From an uncultured virus (IMG/VR IMGVR_UViG_3300010356_003090) (Duplodnaviria > Heunggongvirae > Uroviricota > Caudoviricetes), in IMG/VR virus record IMGVR_UViG_3300010356_003090: a DNA stretch of 20,000 nucleotides; one strand, given 5' to 3'. This document shows, one piece after another, positions 1 to 6,235 of the stretch; the stretch's first letter is position 1; every line of letters begins with the position of its first letter. The notes beneath the pieces are model-generated. The model saw nothing but the letters and a program-made list of their open reading frames with translations. It had not been told where the DNA came from and ran no database searches. Position numbers and translations under genes: made by a program.

Positions 1-540
1 GTGATGGGGCCAGCCCCCATCGTGGACGGACAACGCCGTGGATTCGTGCTGCAAGGCTTGCGTCAAATCCCAACTCCTCGCTCCCTTCGCGCCGAAGTGG
101 TGCGCGAAGGCGCAATCCTCCCACCCGAACAAGACGATCTTGACGTTCCCACCACACACTCTGCTTTTGTGCTTCCCACCATCACCCCCCAACAGATGAA
201 AGCGGATCGTCTGATCCATGTGAGCGCACGACCGCTCACAGACGCACGACGCGCTGAGATCTCCACCGTTTCCCCCTATACCCTGATCGCATCCACCCCC
301 GCGCTTCCCCCGCCCGCTGGACACGATATGGGCGACTTCCTTGAAGCCATCGAAGATATCGCCCGCCAAGCCGCAACCGAAAAGTGCGGCATCCTGCTCG
401 ACGGCCCCCCCGCCGAAACGCTCTTGCACCTGTACGCGCAACTGGGGCATCAACACCCCTTCTTTTTTGCAAAAACCGAGGTTGTGGAAGCGGGCAAACC
501 CGCGCAGATCGTAGCGGTTGAAAAAGTACCTCGCTTCTAA
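1..540 (+). CDS. 5'-truncated hypothetical protein; C-terminal ~110 aa resembles Csx15/Csx20-like CARF-related proteins
   Basis: Open frame from the window edge to TAA at 538-540. Motif order LIHVSARPLTDARRAEI...ILLDGPP...PFFFAKTEVVE recalls Csx15/Csx20 (from memory, not searched). Confidence 0.55.
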   Translation: MMGPAPIVDGQRRGFVLQGLRQIPTPRSLRAEVVREGAILPPEQDDLDVPTTHSAFVLPTITPQQMKADRLIHVSARPLTDARRAEISTVSPYTLIASTPALPPPAGHDMGDFLEAIEDIARQAATEKCGILLDGPPAETLLHLYAQLGHQHPFFFAKTEVVEAGKPAQIVAVEKVPRF

Positions 541-550
541 GCCCCCCCCC

Positions 551-579
551 TTGACTCCCTCTCAAGCCCCCCCTACAAT
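551..579 (+). promoter_or_regulatory. sigma70-like promoter
   Basis: TTGACT (551-556), 17-nt spacer, TACAAT (574-579). Confidence 0.55.
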
Positions 580-598
580 CACCCCATCATACATAGTG

Positions 599-637
599 AA
601 AAAGCCCGTTGTACTGGCATTACAACGGGCTTTTTTT
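599..637. terminator. bidirectional intrinsic terminator
   Basis: A5-GCCCGTTGTA-ctggcat-TACAACGGGC-T7: perfect 10-bp stem between convergent genes. Confidence 0.9.
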
Positions 638-669
638 ATGCCTCTTCCCCCTCCCCTTCCCCCTCCCAT

Positions 670-1479
670 TTAATCAGCGAAATCAAACGAACGGATCAAG
701 AGATCGGTGGGCATCGTTGCCCAAAGATCGCCAAGCCGTGCGCCGCGCTCCATCGCGGGCGAAAAGTCCAACAAGGACAGGTCAAAGATCTCGTTGTAGC
801 CGTCCTTGTTTTTGTAGCTCAGAAAGCACTTTGCGCCTTGCTCATAAAGCGAGGAAAGCACCGTGGGATGCGCCGTTGTGACAAAAATCTGCTTGCCCAA
901 GCGTTCGGATGGATCGGCTTCCCACGCGGCGATGTTTTCACCGATTCCCTCGATCTTCCACGGCGGCAGGCGCTGCTCTGGATACTGAATCTCAAAGGCA
1001 AGATCTCGCTGATCCTTTCGGATGATAGCGCCCTTTGAGATGGATAGCGTTTCGCCTTCTTTCGTCGGGATGATCGAAAGATAGGGAGTGGTGGAGATAG
1101 AAAGCGGGCTTGCGAGAGACCATAAAGCATCGAAGGGATCGTCATTGCACGTCACCACAAAGCGACTTCCAATGGGGCGGCTTCGCTCAAAGTCGAACGC
1201 AAGCGACTCCCCAAGAATACGCGCCCCACCGCAAAACATCGGTTGAAAAATTTGCGATTCAAACCCCGAAGCGAGCGCCGCTTGCACGTTTTCTGCTTGG
1301 GACAAAAACGAGAGATTGCGTCGTAGGTGATAACTCGCTTGTCGCAAGCAATACAAAAAGCCGATAACGGCGGAGGGTTCGACGTTTCCATCTCCAACAA
1401 ATACGTTGATCTTGTCAAGCGAGATCGCCGATGCTCGGAATCCCGCGAAGTGATCAAACCACAATTCTTGCACTACCAT
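670..1479 (-). CDS. degenerate AAA_21/ABC-SMC-type ATPase-like protein (269 aa)
   Basis: ATG at 1479 with GAGGAG 8 nt upstream. N-terminus VQELWFDHFAGFRASAISLDKINVFVG, late QIFVTTAHPTVLSSL and C-terminal LGDLW match the family scaffold, but catalytic motifs are altered. Confidence 0.7.
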   Translation of the reverse strand: MVVQELWFDHFAGFRASAISLDKINVFVGDGNVEPSAVIGFLYCLRQASYHLRRNLSFLSQAENVQAALASGFESQIFQPMFCGGARILGESLAFDFERSRPIGSRFVVTCNDDPFDALWSLASPLSISTTPYLSIIPTKEGETLSISKGAIIRKDQRDLAFEIQYPEQRLPPWKIEGIGENIAAWEADPSERLGKQIFVTTAHPTVLSSLYEQGAKCFLSYKNKDGYNEIFDLSLLDFSPAMERGARLGDLWATMPTDLLIRSFDFAD

Positions 1480-1548
1480 CTTTCTTGCTCCTCTTTGTGT
1501 TGTTGCAGATGCTGCAAGCGTTGCACTTGCCCGCAGCATCGAACAAAA

Positions 1549-1577
1549 AGAATACAAAACGCTTACAAAAAGAGCAA
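1549..1577 (-). promoter_or_regulatory. sigma70-like promoter for the ATPase-like gene
   Basis: Minus strand TTGCTC-17-TATTCT, followed by a leader hairpin GATGCTGC/GCAGCATC (1508-1540). Confidence 0.5.
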
Positions 1578-1604
1578 GAGAAAAGTACAGCGAAAGAATA
1601 GATT

Positions 1605-2027
1605 TTAATTGTTGTTGTGTTGCGTGGTGGGTGTGGGCAGGACAAGCGGCGTATGATCGGAAGACTGGACGGGCTGGACTTGCTGTAATTGCGCCTCCAC
1701 AAAGCCTTGATTCTTCGCGGCTTGCGTGGCGGTGTGGAGATTCTTTGCGTATTCGTGCGTTGTCAACTTGGGGCGCAACAGATCAAACCCCTTGCCGATC
1801 CCATTCAACAAGGGGCAAAACATCTGTTCTGGTGCTTGATCTGGATCAACACCCGTGCGCCGTCCTTTCCAGTCCTTTGCCATAGGGTGAGGGTGATTGC
1901 AGCGAAAAGATATGTGCAGCCCGACCTTTTCAACAAAGATCGGCTCCGCATCGGAACAGAAATTACAGTCTCCGCAGCGTTTCGGGATTGATTCAGGGTG
2001 TCGATTTGTTAAAATTCCAAAGGCCAT
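1605..2027 (-). CDS. hypothetical Cys-rich, putative metal-binding protein (140 aa)
   Basis: AGGAG RBS (2036-2040); CGDCNFC...C...CPL pattern typical of small phage proteins. Confidence 0.7.
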   Translation of the reverse strand: MAFGILTNRHPESIPKRCGDCNFCSDAEPIFVEKVGLHISFRCNHPHPMAKDWKGRRTGVDPDQAPEQMFCPLLNGIGKGFDLLRPKLTTHEYAKNLHTATQAAKNQGFVEAQLQQVQPVQSSDHTPLVLPTPTTQHNNN

Positions 2028-2059
2028 TTCTCTAACTCCTCAAAAAAAAAGGATAAACA

Positions 2060-2494
2060 ATGCACCAAGCGCAACATAACCCACACCACGCGAACAATCA
2101 AGACTTTTGGGGACAAGTGTACTCGTATCTCTTTCACCATCCACCGCGCACCGTGATCCGCTTTTATGCACCGTATCACCCGCAATTCGAAGGCGCGGTC
2201 AAGTCTACGGGCTTGAATGTGGGACAACTGAGCGACTGGAGGTTCCCCCCCGATGTTTTCAAGCGCGGCTTGCACGTTCAACAATTTTCCGATGGATCGT
2301 GGGCTGCGCACATCGACAAGATCCACCCCGAAATCTCGCTGATCGGACACCTGCGCGAAGACGCCCCGCAAGTGTACAAAGCCTTGACCACAGGAGCAGG
2401 AGCCTTATTGAGCAAAGCCCTTGGGGGGTCATCCGTTGCGGGGGCCGTGGCGGGATGGATCATCGGTGCGTTCACCCAAGGGGACGGAAAATGA
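2060..2494 (+). CDS. hypothetical protein with C-terminal glycine-zipper-like hydrophobic segment (144 aa)
   Basis: AGGA RBS; ATGA overlap with the recombinase; His-rich core GLHV...AHIDKIHP...GHLREDAP; tail GAGALL...AGAVAGWIIG. Confidence 0.75.
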   Translation: MHQAQHNPHHANNQDFWGQVYSYLFHHPPRTVIRFYAPYHPQFEGAVKSTGLNVGQLSDWRFPPDVFKRGLHVQQFSDGSWAAHIDKIHPEISLIGHLREDAPQVYKALTTGAGALLSKALGGSSVAGAVAGWIIGAFTQGDGK

Positions 2495-3516
2495 TCAAGC
2501 ACCCTCAAACTTTGCAAACCAATCTACCCCGATCCCTCCCACCAACAACCATCACAGAAAAGATGCGATCTGTCGAAGCTGTCGAAGAATTGTGGAAGCA
2601 CTTTTTGCAAGAGCGCAAGCCCACAACGCAACAAACCTACACAAAGTCCTTTGAAAAATTGCGTCAACATCTTGGCAAAGCAAGCATTTCCGAAACGTTG
2701 CAGCATCTCGCATCGCTGGACGCCGCAAACGCGAATCTGCTTGCGCTTGAATGGAAAAACGCCCTTGATAGCGCAAACCACGCACCCGCAACCGTCAACC
2801 TCCATCTTTCAACCCTCAAGAGCGCCGTTCGATTCTTGCGGATGATCGGGGCTGTCTCGTGGACGATAGAGATCCGCAACAAGAAAGCGGAAACCTATCG
2901 CGACACACGCGGGCCTTCTCTCGACACGATCAAGCAAGCCATCGCGTACCTACGAAGCCCACAAGCCAGCAAGATCGGGGAAGACTGGCAGATCATGCAG
3001 CTAGAAACTTTGGTTGTGCTTCTGTTTTCGCTTGGCTTGCGACGGGGCGAAGTGATCGCCTTGACGGTGGACGATATCGACAACGGAACAAGCGCGGTAT
3101 GGATTACGGGGAAGGGCAGGGATGCAAGGGAACGCTTGGACTTGCCGCCAAACGCACAGAAAGCCCTTTTGCGGTGGCTTTCTGAGAGAACGCGACTTCT
3201 CACCCTCACCCCACACCCCAACGCGCTCAAAAGCCTCTTCTTGAATCGCGACGGGCATCCTCTTAACGCCGCCGCGCTCTACCACCAGATCGCGCAGCTT
3301 GGCAAACAGATCGGCGCAACCCTACGACCCCACGGGTTGAGACACGCAGCCATCACCCAAGCCTTTGAACGCGCCAAGACCGATCCCTCCGTTGGCTTGG
3401 CACAGATTCAACGCTTCTCAAGACACGCAAAAGCCGATACGCTCTTGATATACAAAGACAATCACGACAATGAAGCGTTGCGCGTTGCCTCTTCGTTGGA
3501 CAATCTGCTTGATTGA
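2491..3516 (+). CDS. tyrosine recombinase/integrase (341 aa)
   Basis: Catalytic motifs LGLRRGEV (R), GKG (K), HGLRH (HxxR), SRH (H), TLLIY (Y). Start placed at ATG 2491, which overlaps the upstream stop. Confidence 0.95.
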   Translation: MIKHPQTLQTNLPRSLPPTTITEKMRSVEAVEELWKHFLQERKPTTQQTYTKSFEKLRQHLGKASISETLQHLASLDAANANLLALEWKNALDSANHAPATVNLHLSTLKSAVRFLRMIGAVSWTIEIRNKKAETYRDTRGPSLDTIKQAIAYLRSPQASKIGEDWQIMQLETLVVLLFSLGLRRGEVIALTVDDIDNGTSAVWITGKGRDARERLDLPPNAQKALLRWLSERTRLLTLTPHPNALKSLFLNRDGHPLNAAALYHQIAQLGKQIGATLRPHGLRHAAITQAFERAKTDPSVGLAQIQRFSRHAKADTLLIYKDNHDNEALRVASSLDNLLD

Positions 3517-3526
3517 TTAAGAATCG

Positions 3527-4080
3527 GCTAAGTGGTTGATAGTTTTGCCCCTATTCGTGTTTTTGACCCCGTAAAGCCTCCCTCCACCCCTCCTCGATGC
3601 GACAAGCCAACACCGCAAGCCTCCACGCAAGCTAAGTGGTTGATAGTTTTGCCCCTATTCGTGTTTTTGACCCCGTAAAGCACGCACCCACCCCTCCTCG
3701 ATGCGACAAGCCAACACCGCAAGCCTCCACGCAAGCTAAGTGGTTGATAGTTTTGCCCCTATTCGTGTTTTTGACCCCGTAAAGCCTCCCTCCACCCCTC
3801 CTCGATGCGACAAGCCAACACCGCAAGCCTCCACGCAAGCTAAGTGGTTGATAGTTTTGCCCCTATTCGTGTTTTTGACCCCGTAAAGCACGCACCCACC
3901 CCTCCTCGATGCGACAAGCCAACACCGCAAGCCTCCACGCAAGCTAAGTGGTTGATAGTTTTGCCCCTATTCGTGTTTTTGACCCCGTAAAGCACGCACC
4001 CACAAGCCCGAATTCTGCAAGCCAACACCGCAAGACACCAAACAGATCGACTCGTCACAGATCGCTTAAGTGGTTGATAG
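3527..4080. repeat. 104-bp tandem repeat array: 4 full units, a diverged 5th, and a 6th head motif
   Basis: Units start at 3527, 3631, 3735, 3839 and 3943. They are identical except for an internal block alternating GCCTCCCTCCAC / GCACGCACCCAC (A,B,A,B,B'). TAAGTGGTTGATAG recurs at 4067. Confidence 0.97.
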
Positions 4081-4518
4081 ATATGGTTTATACTCGAAAA
4101 CGCTTTGTTGTGAGTGTGCAAATGGCCTTCTCTTGGGAGTAACAGGGGGGCTGTATGCCCTTGCTCCGTCTCTTCACGAATAGATGACTCAAAAAGGCAA
4201 AAAAACAATGTATAACAAACACTTACAAGATGCGAAATTTCCGAGTAGAAAGAATAGGGCATCCCCCCGCTTCGCTTTTCATTCAAATGTTCAGTATGCA
4301 CGAAAACAACCGAAAAAACGATATAAGTATTTGATTTTATTGATGTTTTTGCTTTCTACTGAATAGATGATTATTACTGTACAAAAGAAATTAGAAATTT
4401 ACTTTCTAAGGGGATGCCCTATTCTTCTACGATGATTATTAAGTACCTGAAAAGATAGATGCTTTTTGAATAGGGAAGTGTTTTATATTCGATCTACTCT
4501 TTTTATATCAAGCACTTA
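3529..4518. promoter_or_regulatory. cluster of IHF-consensus sites (WATCAANNNNTTR)
   Basis: Perfect matches at 3529, 3633, 3737, 3841, 3945, 4067 and 4324 (as YAANNNNTTGATW) and at 4506-4518 (TATCAAGCACTTA); near matches at 4213 and 4440. Confidence 0.7.
4245..4430. repeat. inverted repeat in AT-rich intergenic DNA
   Basis: AAGAATAGGGCATCCCC (4250-4266) and GGGGATGCCCTATTCTT (4410-4426) form a perfect 17-bp pair, extendable to ~21 bp with one indel. Confidence 0.85.
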
Positions 4519-4546
4519 GCTTGTCTATGAAAGAAAAGGCCGATGC

Positions 4547-4588
4547 AAGGGGCTTGTTGAATCTCTGGCAGGATGCCCCTTTTTTTTT
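4547..4588 (+). terminator. possible G.U-rich terminator/attenuator hairpin
   Basis: GGGG-CTTGTTG...TGGCAGG-ATG-CCCC followed by T9; the pairing relies on several G.U wobbles. Confidence 0.35.
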
Positions 4589-4639
4589 GTTGGCTTTCTT
4601 GTCAAATCTCGTTATGTTTGCCTCTTCTTGGCAAACCTG

Positions 4640-4934
4640 CTTTGTCACCCATAGCCCCAAACGGAGATATCCAATGCCTCCAACGGAGATATCCAATGCC
4701 TCCAACGGAAGAACAGAAGCAGATCACAGAGAAGATTGCCCGCTTGGAAGAGGAGATCGTCCGCTTGCAATGGAAACGCGATAGAGACGCCCATCTGGAG
4801 GTTGTCAGCTTGAAGGAAGCGATCGCCCGCTTGCAGGAACGATTGTCAGCTTTGTCGCTTCCATAACCCACTTTGTCACCCGCAACCCCAAACGGAGATA
4901 TCCAATGCCTCCAACAGAAGAACAGAAGCAGATC
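4640..4934 (+). repeat. duplicated RBS/start cassette, with a 22-bp tandem duplication in the first copy
   Basis: CTTTGTCACCC...CCCCAAACGGAGATATCCAATGCCTCCAAC.GAAGAACAGAAGCAGATC at ~4640 and ~4871; ACGGAGATATCCAATGCCTCCA occurs twice, at 4661 and 4683. Confidence 0.9.
4696..4866 (+). CDS. small coiled-coil protein (56 aa), partial paralogue of the next gene's N-terminus
   Basis: GGAG RBS; MPPTEEQKQI start shared with the 4905 gene; heptads IARLEEEIVRL...IARLQERL. Confidence 0.65.
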   Translation: MPPTEEQKQITEKIARLEEEIVRLQWKRDRDAHLEVVSLKEAIARLQERLSALSLP

Positions 4935-5630
4935 CCCGAAGAGATCCAAGACGATCCGCGCTTTTTTGTGGATCGGGTCGCTGTACTGTCCATCCCCTCC
5001 GAATCTACACAGCAAGTCTCTTCTTCGCCTGTCATCCCAAGCCCGCTCGCAAGCGACCAACTCGGAGAGATTGCCCGCTTGACCGAAGAGATTGCCCGCT
5101 TGACCGAAGAGCGCCAACAGGAACAACAAGGCAAGACCCCCCTAGAACATTGCATCGAACATTGCATCGATCAACGTACAAAGGAGATTACCCGCTTGAT
5201 CGATGCGGGCCAACAAAGCAAGACCGCAACAGAGCAAGAATTGTTGCGCGAATTAGACGCCGAAGTGAGAGCGCGTTTTGTTGTGTTGGGGGACAAGCTG
5301 CTTGTGCGCCTTGTGCAAGAAGACGCGCAAAAGTCCAAGGGTGGGATCTTTTTGGTGGACGAGAACGCGCAAACAGATCGCGCCGTTCTCGTTGGTGTGG
5401 GGACTGTCAGTTATCGCAATCAGTTCGCTGAGCCGATCCTATCGCGATTGATGCAGATCGCCGAATCGTCGGGAGTAAAGAAGCTAGATCGCGTTGAATT
5501 GCTACTGTCGAAGTCGCGCCAAGACTCCCACGAGTACCGATACAAAGGGCAAACCTATCTCTTTGTGCCGTGTGTGTTTGCTTTGGCCGCTGATCCGTTT
5601 TATGTAGTAGAAGCCGAAGTATCGGAATAA
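4905..5630 (+). CDS. GroES/Cpn10-like domain with N-terminal acidic/coiled-coil extension (241 aa)
   Basis: FVVLGDKLLVRLVQEDAQKSKGGIFLVDE...AVLVGVG and EYRYKGQTYLFV...LA align with the GroES pattern PLxDRVLV...KTxGGIxLPD...VVAVG...EVKxDGEEYLI...ILA. Confidence 0.75.
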   Translation: MPPTEEQKQIPEEIQDDPRFFVDRVAVLSIPSESTQQVSSSPVIPSPLASDQLGEIARLTEEIARLTEERQQEQQGKTPLEHCIEHCIDQRTKEITRLIDAGQQSKTATEQELLRELDAEVRARFVVLGDKLLVRLVQEDAQKSKGGIFLVDENAQTDRAVLVGVGTVSYRNQFAEPILSRLMQIAESSGVKKLDRVELLLSKSRQDSHEYRYKGQTYLFVPCVFALAADPFYVVEAEVSE

Positions 5631-5665
5631 TCCGAACAAATCAAGAAGAAATCGAAAGGGAAACG

Positions 5666-6181
5666 ATGAAAACACGAGTCCTCAATCTGCTGTCTGATGA
5701 AGATGCAAAAGCCCGTGTTGCGGGCAAAAGTTTCTTGTCGTATGGTGAACCCGAATGTTGGAAAAAGATCGCGCTCACCTGCTCGGAATCGGAGCAATGG
5801 AACGACGTTACAGAAGCCATGCAAGTCCCGCACGGCGTTGTTTTGCGAACGCGCACAACGCAAAAGAACGGTGACGGAACCTATCATTTAACCGATGCGA
5901 TGGTGTTTCTGCCCGCGCTGCTGATCGTACACAACGAACAGACGGGCTTGTTTACGCTTGTCATGGCACAAACAGGCCCATTTGTTGCGCCTCCACAAGC
6001 CGCCCAAGCGCAACCCTCCCCCGCTGGTGCGCCGAATCGTGAAGCGCCCAATTTTCCCAACGCACACGCAAACCCGATGGGTGTTAAACCCCAAGCCCCA
6101 CCCCCACCCCCCGGCCCCATCTTTCCAAACGCAAGAAACATCACCATCACCGAAGACACCCCCGGCCACGTCCAAGGCTAA
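5666..6181 (+). CDS. phage-type hypothetical protein with Pro-rich tail (171 aa)
   Basis: AAGGG RBS; beta-rich core (W...TEAMQVPHGVVLR...DAMVFLP); co-directional with the upstream genes. Confidence 0.75.
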   Translation: MKTRVLNLLSDEDAKARVAGKSFLSYGEPECWKKIALTCSESEQWNDVTEAMQVPHGVVLRTRTTQKNGDGTYHLTDAMVFLPALLIVHNEQTGLFTLVMAQTGPFVAPPQAAQAQPSPAGAPNREAPNFPNAHANPMGVKPQAPPPPPGPIFPNARNITITEDTPGHVQG

Positions 6182-6235
6182 CCCTCCCCCGTTCATCCTC
6201 CCCTTTTCGCTTTTTTGACCCCTTCCCGACCCCTT

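Noticed and set aside
2107..2490. 128-aa N-terminal extension of the recombinase in the ORF track
   Set aside because: It overlaps the better-supported 2060-2494 gene; ATG 2491 gives a normal-sized recombinase with an ATGA overlap.
3527..4080. CRISPR array
   Set aside because: Units are near-identical along their full 104 bp, with no unique spacers and no cas genes.
3528..4301. Four repeated minus-strand ORFs (68-153 aa)
   Set aside because: By-products of the 104-bp period (not a multiple of 3); they overlap each other in different frames.
4819..4826. HIP1 (GCGATCGC) cyanobacterial signature
   Set aside because: Only an isolated copy was noticed; the enrichment is of GATC generally, so no host inference is drawn.
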